The notes beneath the pieces are model-generated. The model was not told where the DNA came from. It worked only from the letters and a program-made list of their open reading frames with translations, and made no database searches. A DNA stretch of 64,000 nt from Botryllus schlosseri. Lineage: Eukaryota. The position numbers and the translations under genes were made by a program. The number at the start of each line of letters is the position of its first letter. Within the stretch, counting starts at the first letter, position 1. This document shows positions 1 to 12,178 of this stretch, piece by piece. The DNA is taken from NCBI GenBank assembly GCA_051294905.1, contig CM119382.1, positions 7,378,001 to 7,442,000 on the forward strand, written 5' to 3'.

Positions 1-10
1 GTCTACGTAC

Positions 11-196
11 CGGCATCGTGGAAAATGCCGCGAATGTTGTTCTCGGACATCGTCGTTCGGTCCCCAGTTCCGCAAAACTCCGGAACACGAGAAGCATTGT
101 GTCCTGTCCAAATTTCCGAGATAGAAAAATCCGTCTTTCGCCAATTCGCCAACAAGGTTCGGAGCCGGGTAGGACGGAAACTTCTCAAACGTTCTC
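11..196 (-). CDS. IAP gene exon encoding a complete BIR domain (second BIR); the gene continues beyond the window start
   Basis: Manual translation gives RTFEKFPSYPAPNLVGELAKDGFFYLGNLDRTQCFSCSGVLRNWGPNDDVREQHSRHFPRC, with the BIR Cx2C...H...C motif. Acceptor tttgtag at 197 and donor gtacgt at 10; phase is consistent with the upstream exon. Confidence 0.9.
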
Positions 197-465
197 CTAC
201 AAATCGAATGCATATTATATTATGCTACAGTCAAGTCAGAATATAACTTGTAGTTAACTTTACGCTTTCCAATCAGCACCGCAGTAGCTTTCGATTGATA
301 CCAATTTTATCAATTTTCGCGCTAGGCAAATCGGTCAAAAATTACTGTAAAATTGCTTTTGGCCAAATGCAAAGTGCGGCGTAGACCAATCGCAGTGAGC
401 CGTGATATTTGCTTGTGTTCACGTCATTGTAGGACACTATGCGATAAAAAGTTAATTAATCATAC

Positions 466-548
466 CTTCTCTCGTATTCACTCCTCAGGTCTGTAGTTCG
501 AAGCCTTCTCTCGAAATCCGCATCGACGATGTTTGCGAAGATTGTTTC
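466..548 (-). CDS. IAP gene linker exon (ETIFANIVDADFERRLRTTDLRSEYERR)
   Basis: Bounded by tctttcag and gtatga. Open in phase 0 after the 1513-1690 exon, and ends with the D-x-R-x-E-x-x-R start of the next BIR. Confidence 0.8.
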
Positions 549-1512
549 CTGAAAGAATTACACGAATCAGTCGCAATGATTGACCATATGGCCATTTTCC
601 AGAGAGAACAATATCTACTCCTAGACAACACTCAATATGGGAATTGACGTGTTGCTAATGAGCGACGAGAAATGTTTCAGATGGTGCGGCACGAAGTGAA
701 GCTACGCCCGACGTATCAACAAAACCGGATTTCTTATTATGGGCTCAGTGTTCCGAGATGGCAAAGCATGCGGACAGAAGGAAAAGAAAAATATTGAGTC
801 TGTACTTTCTCCTGTCATTCTTTTAGGTTATAAAATAGGAACACACACACACACCATTGACAAAACATGTTAGAATAAAGGTCACGTCACTTGATATATC
901 AAAATGTTTGGCAAAAGTATTCCGGCCAATCTGTGACAATTGCCAATTAGAGAGAGTGCTGATATGGGGAAAGTAATCTCCTTGAATATACCGGTATATG
1001 ACAAATAAGCGTTTGGACCTCTGTAGTCCTTCTAGCGTATGTAATGTAAGGATGCATGTCAGAGGATAAAATACTACTTGTTAATTGAATTATACGACAT
1101 CTGACATCGGCAATAAAGAATATTTATTCGAGCATGGCATCACATTTATCAATTTCATGTTGTGGTATATGCAATCGTCATTTCACGTAATCATTGAAAA
1201 ATATTACTGTTGCGATTTATAGTTTACCATCAAATACACGACTGTACTCACAGGGTAACCCTCACGAATATCCGGAAGCCCCCGGCTAATATTTGAAGTG
1301 CCTGCATGAATAATAAGATTTGATATTGGAAATTTCAGGTATCATCAAGTTACGAATTTATTGATTTAGCCGAAAAATCCAGTAATGATTATTAACATTA
1401 GTGTAAGTCACATTGCACTCACCCCCTCTGGATTCCTGTAGACAATGGAATAGTTTATTACATGCTTTGTAAGCTCTAATCATAGCCAATATTATAAATT
1501 TGAAATGCTCAC

Positions 1513-1690
1513 GGGATTCGACGAGATGCTGGGTAGTCCTTTCAAGTCCCGTATCACAGTGCGGTAGTTAGGTTCCGGTAGGCCCACGTTCTGACTCTCT
1601 GATCCTCTTGGCATATTGCATGTGCTTTTATGCCATCCTGGGTCTCTTCCGTCATCTTCCAGCGTCCAATTTTCAACTGTAATCCCACAA
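1513..1690 (-). CDS. IAP gene exon, C-terminal half of the first BIR
   Basis: Translates (S)CGITVENWTLEDDGRDPGWHKSTC..., completing KCF-SC from the previous exon. Acceptor ttagcag, donor gtgagc. Confidence 0.85.
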
Positions 1691-2181
1691 CTGCTAATGC
1701 CAAATTATTGACGTTCAGTTCTGATGATAATCTATGAGTAAATCGGGTAATAACCCGATATTTTTTGTTCTGATCATTTTGCATGGATTCATTTATTTTG
1801 CCGACATTATTCTTGAAGCTGCTGCTACTTTATATTTACCTCTATATATGTCATGCTCAGTGGTTGGATACAAATGTTTGTCATCAAAGTCACATGCTTC
1901 AGACGGCTCTATGTTACAAAAAGTGGCCGACATGTACCAGAAATGCTAAACGGTTCTCTGATCTCATATAATATCGTGACACGGTTTTATAGACCCGCTG
2001 TGAAACGGCTGAATCCGACTGCTTGCCGAGCCTAACCATTTATGAGTGCCTCAATCACATCGGAAGTATTGGATGCGCTATTGACCCTGTATACTTCGCA
2101 TATATCATAACACAAAAGTTTGTCGCCTACAATACATGATATACATGATGGATAGACATCTGCATACCATTCCCGGCCTAC

Positions 2182-2341
2182 CTGAAACATTTGACTCTGT
2201 CCTTGAACCCGGTGAAATAAAACCCGGCCGACGCCATGTCCGCCATCTGTGTTATGCCTTCATCGGGAAATTTCCCGTACGTTCCGAGCCTGTAATATTC
2301 GTCTCTGTAATCTCCGGGAGGAATATACCAACAGCTTTGAC
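2182..2341 (-). CDS. IAP gene exon, N-terminal half of the first BIR
   Basis: ORF track 2178-2423 contains DYRDEYYRLGTYGKFP...MASAGFYFTGFKDRVKCF. Acceptor cattcag, donor gtaggc. The start-codon exon was not located. Confidence 0.88.
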
Positions 2342-5300
2342 CTGAATGAGCGAAAGCAATATTGGTTTCAATGATCGTCACCGACATTAGAATATTGACT
2401 GCTAGGAAAACTATAGGTAACATAAACGATCAAGCGGAACGTAACGTATTATTTCAACAGTAAGGGATATTTAGCGTAATATAGGGGTCGGCAACCACGA
2501 ATAATTTAATACTGCTTTTCGAAAGGTCCCTGCACTTTTGCAAGTCAAGTGAAGGTGCAGAATTATAGTGGTCAAGATCGCTGATAATTTTTTTAAATAC
2601 GACACTGATCAATTTTATCGAATCATGCACGTGCTACAGTCATACTAAGCATAGCACCCTTTAGTGGCCGTGATATATTTTCAATGTTGAACATTCTTGT
2701 ATTTTGAAAATTGCGGCTCAATTTGAAATCGGTCTACAGAGCAAAATTGGTTTTCGACCCCTACCGTAAACATATTGCAGGGCTCTCTATATACCTGGAG
2801 CGTCTCTCGTGATGACCGTGCTTGTACCATCAGATTCTACCAAAGAATGACCGTAATCCATTGCTATCTATCGAAGGTCCGGACAATATAGTCTTCATGA
2901 AAATACAAAATAATTAGGTAATCCGTACTATGTCTGAAATTACATGTAGAGTATGTATAATGTATATATTACTGCACATGCATATGTAATGTATCTATCG
3001 CTACCAAAAACAGTAACACGTGATTGGCCGTGGACATCAAGCAGAGTGAGTCTACGTAACACCATTTCTAAACGCAGTGATTCTCAACAATCGATCCCCG
3101 CCGGTTAACTATATATTTCAATTTTTTCTCAATTGCAAACTGAAATAATATGCAAAATTGTTCATTATTTGGAGACTTGAAGCAAACTACATTTCGAAAT
3201 ATTTGCCTCAGAAAACTAAAAAGGTTTGCGAACATATTTAGTTTACCTCGACTGCTTTTAATGAGCTCTGTCAATATTACTGATAGCTACAATATCGATG
3301 TAAAGACCCGATCTAGAAACTATTTTCTGCGATCGTTATGCACGGGCTATAATGGCTCCAAGTTGTGGAGAGTTAACTGGAGAAATGGTCAAAACCAGTG
3401 GTTCTTAGCCTTTACTAGCCTGGCGAACCCTTTCGCTAACCTGCGCACTATAGCCGCAAATTTTCACTGAGTCTTCAAAGGAAAAATCTGCCACATTACA
3501 TATCTAACGACACATCTAATACATTACTATAGATTACGAAATGAATTGCGCATCAACAAGTATAAATAACAAAACTATGAAAGCATGATTTTCACGAATA
3601 CGAAACACAAAGATAATGAATCTTGGTAGTGGCGAGATAGCGTATAGTGGTATAATCCACAGCTGCAACATCAATGGGTTGCGGGTTCGTGTTCGACCAA
3701 TGTCGACTCCAGAATTACTACCTAAGTGTTGGAGGTGTATTTAGGCTCCCCTTCGCCATCTCATCCGTGTACGGTAGGGGCGGGCAATTATTTTCCTCCG
3801 CGGGCCAAATGAGAAAAATAAATACGTTAGCGGGCCGAGTGAAAATATTTAGCTATATTCTCCAGCTTATTTTAATTTTATTTCTAAATTACATTGTTAA
3901 TAAATGCTGCTCAGTGAATGTGTTGATATTAGGTAATGAGAAAGTGACGGTTAATTGAAAAACTATCTATCAGCTGTCATGATTCGAAACAATGTTAAAC
4001 ATGATACATTTTAGCTCTCTTTAAACCTCTATTCACGTTCTTCTATTAAGACTCTAAAACAGTGGCTCTCAAACTATTTAGGCAGGCCTGTCTTTATTAT
4101 AGTGCGCGCCCACTTATCATGATATCACGAAATATTAAAGTGCAACCAGAATGCTACCAGTTTTTCTGAACTTCGCCCTCCCTTGACCGAGTGTTTCGTG
4201 CTTTTATCATGAGACCGACTTTAATTAAAATCCTTAATCTCGGCGACATGATCGGCAAACACTGAAAGGATAGGCTTACCCCTGACTCCAGTATTCGAAT
4301 ATTTATTGCTCTAATTTCTAAACCTAAACCTTCTTTAAATTTCACTTTTTTGGCGTACCCGTTAATCAGGTGATAGAGTCATAGTAGACGTGAGCACTAT
4401 GATTGACTTGTTTTACGAATTATGGATTTGGAAACATATCGCGTCACGAATTGAAACACATATATTGTATAATGCGTAATGTGACAATGTCAACAAGGAA
4501 GGATTGAACTAAACTATATGGAAAGACAGATTTCTTGTGTGACTTCAATTGCTACTCATACTTTGCCGCATTGCCTTTATTTTGAATATGGATTACGCAT
4601 GCCAAGTACGTAGGCAGCGTAATCGTGGCATATTAATGAACAGGCTTCAAAGTACACGAAGTTCCTACTCATTTGATACAGCCTACGGTTTTAGTCATTC
4701 AAAAAGCAAGTGTTATGTTTTTAATTCCAAGCAACTTTCGCGGGCCGCACAGAATAACTTTGGCCCGCGGGCCGCACTTTGCCCAGGCCTGGTGTAAGAG
4801 ATGTCTTATAAAAGCCTAGAAGTGGGTCTAGCTAGCTATACAAGTCGACAGCTACGGAATAAAAATGACGAAAATTGGCGTGGTGTAAATGGCCATTGTA
4901 AGTCTACTCGACAAACACCATGAATACCACAGAACAAAAAAACAATGAAAGTTGCTGCAAATCATTGCGACTTTTTCTATTTACATTCAGATACCATTTC
5001 AGAAATACGAGGCCTCACCAATTCTCAAATATGAAATTCTCAAATATGAAATTCGGCGTCTAGACTGAGCAATAACTAAGAATCAAAGGTGAATCACGCG
5101 TATAGTGCGAAAAATTGCTCAGTTGACCGCAGCTTCGCGCCCCCTTCAGAAGCTTTCAACCCCCCTCCAGTTTGAGAACCGCTGTCCTAGAGAGTGCTAA
5201 ATATAGTATTGTTCGATTGAAATGCAACAGCGTGACTGACCAATTGTTTGTTTGCAAATGTTCTAATCACTATAGAAGATAGATACAGCATTACAAAATG

Positions 5301-8300
5301 AAGGGGTTTCAAGTTTCAATGTTTAGCTCAATCATCCCCTGTGTACGCCCCTGCACGCTACGTACCACCACATCAACTGTGACAATTGTACTACTGATCG
5401 CGCCTAATTCCTGCAGCCAATCACGGCCAAGACCGGCTTGTCATCACGAATCATATCTATTCAGTTGTTGTTGTTGCTGTTGTTTTGGTATTCATGGTCT
5501 TACTCGATGTTTATGGTAATTGGCGCAAGGTCGCTATTCCTTATATGACTCCTGATCTCTGTCCACTTTCGCTCTAGGCTTTTTTAAGACAATCCATGCG
5601 CGGATCAGATATTGAGGTGGAGCCTGGATAATATAGAGAAACCTCCAACACTTTGGTTGGGTGCGTGTCTCGACCTCCGGCAATACCCTGCAACTGGCTA
5701 AGCGGACGATACTCGTTCGAACCTCGGTTAAACACCACTGGTTTACACTCTAAATCCACCACCAAAATCTGGATATAATTATGCTTTTATAAATGACATA
5801 ATTATGAATGTCCGAAGCAAATGAAATTTTATATTTTAAAACACGCCACAGACGTGTACATTTCGTAAGGCCGAATAATTACTAACCTAACCAATTGTCA
5901 ATTCACACCGCTCTCAATAAAATAACACTTGGTAAATTTCTTTTAACAACAATCACCGTTGATTTAGACAGGAGTTATCGTCCTATTGGTTGACAACCAA
6001 TATCAACTCGTGTTAAAGATGCATTTTATGATTACGAGGATATTGTACATGGACGAAATTTGCTAAGGTGATGGTGGACTAGGTCCAGTGATTCACTGCA
6101 GTAAATGTTATTTTCCACGCCAGCATCTGACTCTGCACGTTAAAATTGTAACTCACGGACCTTAAACTGTGTTCCAGCGAACCCTGTCTCCATCCCCGGT
6201 TTCAACGTAGGCTATGTATGAAACCGAAATGACGATCTTTCGCAGCCTTAATTAGCTTGAAGTCCGCGTGGTGTATGAGATTGACTAGCCTTCCGCGTGG
6301 TAACTTGCGATTCAGGTATTTGATAAATGTAGAGAATTCATGACGCGAGTAATGACATCTTACAAACTGCTGGCGCAAGATTCTGGTGTTGTTGAGACAT
6401 CGACGTCACATGGCGTAAGCGCTAATGCAAACATGTGATGTAAGTCCCTATACGAGTCGATGAAGAATATGAGGGAGTTTTTCGATCATATAATTATTAT
6501 TATACGCATATGGTATTGTAATTGAGCAAATATTAGGCCAAGCATGTTAAGGCTTTATCCAAGTGGCAATATCTTAACCGGATAATTCAGTTTGTAGTAA
6601 ATATGGGCAATCCTGGAGATGTTTATTTTTCCCAGCAACGTTTCCGAGCTATGTACGCTAAATATGTTACAAAAAAGGATTCCAACTTCTTTTGAGTGTT
6701 TGCACATGATAAACATCACGCAGTCGAACATGTATCAATTTAATTCTTCTTGGACTTCGATGTGTAATTGGTATACGAATTAGGGTATTTCAGCGATACT
6801 ATCGTAAAGCATTGTAAAACTTGAAGAAAAAATGCACATCACAGGCACATTGCGGCGGCCGTAAACCGTTTTAAATATTATACCAGGCTTTTTTGTTTAT
6901 GAAAGAAGAAGAATTTTGACGGTCGCGTAACGTTTAAACTGAGTTGCTAGAAAATAATGATTTAGAAGACAATATAAACCGTAAATCAGAGGTGTTAAAC
7001 TCCACTTGTGTCACGGCCGGAATCAAACCTTCAAATCGCTCGTGGGCCGCGCCAGTCAAATGCTTCCAAAATGTCACCTCAAAAACCACGTCCTTAGTTT
7101 TCACTGGAATACATTATCATCGAGACATTCTATAGTCTAAGCGAAGAGTGTGTATGCACGCACACCCAAAGGGCCCAAAATGGGAGGTAGAAATGGTGGA
7201 GATATTAGTGGGCATATTTCTATGCACCCATCGTTTGCTGCCGTATGCGTTGTGATCAATACAAAATATTTAACCGTAAATGCGGACGTTTGAATTTTAT
7301 TCCATGTTACTAAATTGCGATTCGGGTGTCTCTGTAGATAGGGGTTATTTTGCGTCAGAAGTGATTCAGCAGTGCGACCGCAGATACTTGAATCATATTT
7401 ATGTGTTACTATTATATTCTTTATGCAGCCCACATAACGATTTCGGATTGTCGTTTTCACTTCTGTTAACGATTACTATTATGTCAATTCCCGAGATTTG
7501 TTTCTAATGGCGACAAGAGTAAAACCACCACACGGCCCTCGGATGGTTATAATGCGGCCTATGAACAATATGAACATGCACACGCGGTCTCAATCGGAAT
7601 ATCTAATGCAATGGATGTATTTCTTACAATCAATCCTTAATATTTGTTATAAATATGCTGAATAATGGAAGTATTTTTCAATCTACACATAATTGATTCG
7701 CGAAATCGACTCCGCGTCATATGTTTGACACCCCTGCCCTAAATAGCCCACTTCCTTGCAGATCGTCTGACATTGATTATTCGTGTCCATCCGTTTTCAT
7801 AAGCGGCCAAGATATAAATATAAGGTGGCCACATATATAGGCTTTTCCAGTCATTTCAAGGCTCATCAATCTTTTATGAAAATTATAGTAAAGGTGATGG
7901 CAGTGTTCATAATTTATATTGGTAGTCGAACTAAACACGAGAATTATTACTATCTGAAGTAATATCGCTTCAACAATATTCACGTGCCTGGTCAACAAAA
8001 GCATATTTTAGTGCGTTTATCCCTTATATATTAGCCCACTTGAGCTTGTCATCCTTGAGCACTTGAACTGAAACGTACCAGACTATGAGCTTTATTTGAA
8101 CTTGAGCGTGATTTCGTGTGTCGCACACCATCCAAAATTGGCACTTTGTCACGGACCGCACTATTTTTGTCCGCGAGCCGATGTTTGCCCACCTCCGGTG
8201 TAAATCAAAATGCACCCATGCAGTATTTATGGGGTAAATTGTATAGCTAATTCCGCGATGTGTAAAATCCAGCGCCGCCTCGTGTTTTTAATCATATACT

Positions 8301-9836
8301 ATCCCGCTGGCCATGCGATATTTTCATTTCCCGTGATATAGTCAACATATTGCAACGCATTTCGCTCTACCTATTCTTCATCTTGTGCGGTTGTAATTCT
8401 CAAATTTCACACAAACTTTGACTCACGGTTTATAAATGAACATGATCCACCCACCCTTCCTCGTCAAACCAAGCGAGACGTTTGTGTCATTTTGCCAAAG
8501 CAATCTCTATAAATCCGGGTCTGGTCTCGTGCTACCGTGCAATGTACATGTAATGGTGAAAACAACTCCTCTTTTGCATCCAACCAACGTCGTGGATGTT
8601 GTGACGTAAAGAACGGATTTTGATAATTCAGCTGTTTCGGGGATACTTCCTTCTTGTGGGGGTATTGCGCCACAGGGAATCGTGTTACTGATTCAACAGT
8701 GATCGTAAATGATACTCAATCCAACCCGTACTCGATGGTACGATAGAAACGGTGTAAATACCTAAATATTAACCCTACTATGAAACGAATACATAATATT
8801 TTATAAACCGCCGGGGATGGAGAAACGGATACGAGGAAACAACTTATAAAACATAGTTGGTTGGGAGAAATGTGGTTTCTTACCGTTGAAGTGTGTGAGG
8901 ACAGAGCGATCGTTGAAAATACTGACGTGGACGATAGCGCTATGCAAAGCAATATGAATAACAAAACCAATTCAGTTGGAAGCAGAATAACCAGATTTTA
9001 ACGGTTTCCAAGTACGACTACGAGCACTCCATCGACTTACGAAAAGACCCTATATATGCTTTTGCTTACATGCCAGCAAATTACGAAGACGCGCACCCCT
9101 ATCCGGTCATTTATGTCATACAAATAGTGTTTGAACTGCTATTAAGGTCCGATGAGAAAACATAAGAATGTAAAGCCGCCAATTTCTGTTCGACTATTCC
9201 TCCAATTTCGAACATATCTCATTAACAAAATGTCGGATCGAAATCGACATTCTACGATCCTTCTTGAACTCTGCTGCTTCCACTGGGGGTTTCAAGGCGA
9301 ATTGTATTCACATTTTATAGAACTATGATAGGCATTTGAGTCGGTGCTTTCCGCGGTGGAGGAGCGAATTCGTCATGCTATTCATCCGTCGTGTTATCAC
9401 AACTAAGCTGCACTTCCCCTTGACAGGGCCTGAAAAATAAAGATTGATAGCTTGAGCAAATAGTACACAAGCTACAAGGAATTTACTGTAGTTTAGAATT
9501 GCCAGAACCTCAAGGAGGCATAGTCTACCTAATGTAGCGGCGATCAGGTACAACACCCAATAAAAGCAATCCTAATCCAGAATTCGCGACGAAATAAAAA
9601 TTGCCGCAGACCCAGCTGATTGCGAAAAGAAGATATCCGTACATAAGGTTGATTTTTCCCGGAGATAATTCTCCAGCATTGCGAATATTTTGTGCAGTAG
9701 AATGAATTTTCTATTTAACCGAAGATTACCGCAATATATTTGTCGAGTGTATCAATACATTTTATCATAGTCGAAGAGCTTCTTGGAGGTACAGAACTTC
9801 AATATACAATTAAATAGTATATTCATATTGAAATGA

Positions 9837-9870
9837 ACCCGAATATTTTCGGCTGACACTCGTCAGGGGT
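9837..9870 (-). ncRNA. Minimal type I hammerhead ribozyme
   Basis: ACCC-CUGACGA-G(UGUCAGC)C-GAA-AAUAUU-C-GGGU: full catalytic core, helix I ACCC/GGGU and palindromic helix III (AAUAUU), as is typical of Penelope pseudo-LTRs. Confidence 0.75.
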
Positions 9871-10666
9871 AATCGTCAGCAACTAGTAGAGAATTGGAAA
9901 GAACATTGTATATCAACAATCGTATCACAAAATATGACGTCACCAGCATGAAATTTGGAATGAGAGAGCGTTCAATGTACTATTTTTAGGTGATACACGA
10001 ACTCCTTTTGTTGACAGAGTTTTGGTTGGTGTATTTTGATAAAAGTTGATTCCAAGCACACAAATGGAATTGTGAACGGCCTCGACCTACGATTCGAAAT
10101 CGGTCGTCTCGATAATTATTCGCACAAATCGGATTATCCAACAGATGTTTGCCGATGGCAGAATTAATGGCCTTTGATCGATCAGCATCAATCTTAAGTG
10201 GATGAGTTAAGGGTGAGCTTTTCACATCGCGTGACGCACGTGACAGACGTCTGCAGGACCGCATAAACCAACATGTCCCCAGATTTATCAGAACACGTGC
10301 GTCACGCGATGTGAAAAGCTCACCCTTAACTCATCCACTTAAGATTGATGCTGATCGATGAAAGGCCATTAATTCTGCCATCGGCAAACATCTGTTGGAT
10401 AATCCGATTTGTGCGAATAATTATCGAGCCGACCGATTTCGAATCGTAGGTCGAGGCCGTTCACAATTCCATTTGTGTGCCTTGGAATCAACTTTTATCA
10501 AAATACACCAACCAAAACTCTGTCAACAAAAGGAGTTCGTGTATCACCTAAAAATAGTACATTGAACGCTCTCTCATTCGAAATTTCATGCTGGTGACGT
10601 CATATTTTGTGATACGATTGTTGATATACAATGTTCTTTCCAATTCTCTACTAGTTGCTGACGATT

Positions 10667-10700
10667 ACCCCTGACGAGTGTCAGCCGAAAATATTCGGCT
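10667..10700 (+). ncRNA. Minimal hammerhead ribozyme, mirror copy with one helix I mismatch
   Basis: ACCC CTGACGA GTGTCAGCC GAA AATATT C GGCT. Confidence 0.65.
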
Positions 10701-11236
10701 TCATTTCAATATGAATATACTATTTAATTTTATCATAGTCATAGAATTATTTCAGATGATACGGTCTAGGAGCAGCCATATGGTCCATATTCCATATCTC
10801 CAATCCGTCTCAAGTCTTTAACCTCAATTTCCTTTTCAAATCTATCTAGATTTATGCTCCCCCATATCTTAGTCTGATTGTCATTACATGCCCATCACTC
10901 CCCTCCGTCCTCAAAGTGTAGGTGTAGCGTGTAGAGCATAGACATTTTAGGTTATATTTAAATGTTTAATTTTCCATATTTCACATGACTATGCGATTAC
11001 AGCTGTCTTATGTAACATCGAAATTCGACGTGCCTCTCCAGTTCGTTTGACATGTTTGCTACATCATGGTGATGTCGCAATTCGAGAGTTCTACGTTAAG
11101 AACGCACGTCTACCAGGGATTTCCCCTGGGATAGAAGTTTCTTCTGCACGTCAATGTAGATTTTACGAGAGGAGCACAATTGTATAGTACTATAAAATAT
11201 TCGTTTAGCACTCCTGCGGGAGAGAGAGTGTGTAAC

Positions 11237-11863
11237 CATAGTGTCCTATATGGTGTCGACACAAGCAAATCTCACGACTCAGTGAAATTGATTCACGTCA
11301 CAATTTCCATTTGGCTACAGGCAATTTGACGGTCATTTTTGACCGGCTTGCCCAACATTAAATTTGGTAAAACGGATATCAATCGAAAGCTGACTCTGCA
11401 CTGATTACGAAAATATAAATTTTAATCCGCTCGTGGTCCTGGAACTCCCACAATCAGCCTCGAATTTTTCATTGTCATGGAGATTGGCATTTTGACGCAA
11501 CATTGCTGTCTGGCGAAACGAGAGAGTAGCTCAGGACGCAACAATGCTGTCTGGCGAAACGAGAGAGTAGCCCAAGAGAAAAAGAGCCAGACAGCATTGT
11601 TGCGTACCGATGCCAATCTCCATAACAATGAAAAAATCGAGGCTGATTGTGGGAGTTCCAGGGCCACGAGCGGAATAAAATTTATATTTTCGTAATCAGT
11701 GCAGAGTCAACTTTCGATTGATACCCGTTTTATCAAATTTAATTCTCGGCAAGCCGGTCAAAAATGACCGTCAAATTGCCTGTAGCCAAATGGAAATTGT
11801 GACGTGAATCAATTTCATTGAACCGTGAGATTTGCTTGTGTCGACACCATATAGGACACTATG
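11237..11863. mobile_element. MITE with ~280-bp terminal inverted arms
   Basis: Starts CATAGTGTCCTATATGGTGTCGAC and ends GTCGACACCATATAGGACACTATG. Flanked by direct repeat GTGTAAC (11230-11236 and 11864-11870). A related arm occurs near 400-441. Confidence 0.85.
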
Positions 11864-12178
11864 GTGTAACTGTGTAACTGTCCAGTGCCCATATTCTTCT
11901 AGCAAGCGTAGTGCTCGTGACACATTATTGTCGACTTTCAGATTCGTTATGACATCCCCAGAGACCCCAGCAGGTATTGGTATTAGGGAATTCTGCCATC
12001 TCACCACTAGAATTTGCCCTTCACATTGCGCGGCCAGAGTGCTCTGGCACGTTACCGATTGTACCGAATCGGTACCAACTATTCTACGAAGAGCGAAATG
12101 GGACATGGATGGAGCTATAAACAAGGTTTGTCAAACATTACTGGGCATATCACTGCAGGCTAACACAGCGGTGTATTA

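Larger units (their letters stand above)
9773..10726. mobile_element. Penelope-like element remnant arranged as a long palindrome of the element 3' end
   Basis: Inverted arms 9808-10242 and 10294-10729 with a 51-nt spacer. The arms encode a GIY-YIG C-terminus (SAIGKHLLDNP...CQQKEFVYHLK) like the ORF at 59967-60500. A 14-bp direct repeat ATTTTATCATAGTC flanks it (9759-9772 and 10727-10740). Confidence 0.85.

Noticed and set aside
3776-5185. Overlapping hAT-like termini (GGGCGGGCAA / TTGCCCAGGCCTG; CAGTGGCTCTCAAACT / AGTTTGAGAACCGCTG)
   Set aside because: Termini are degenerate and interleaved, and no TSD pair could be confirmed.
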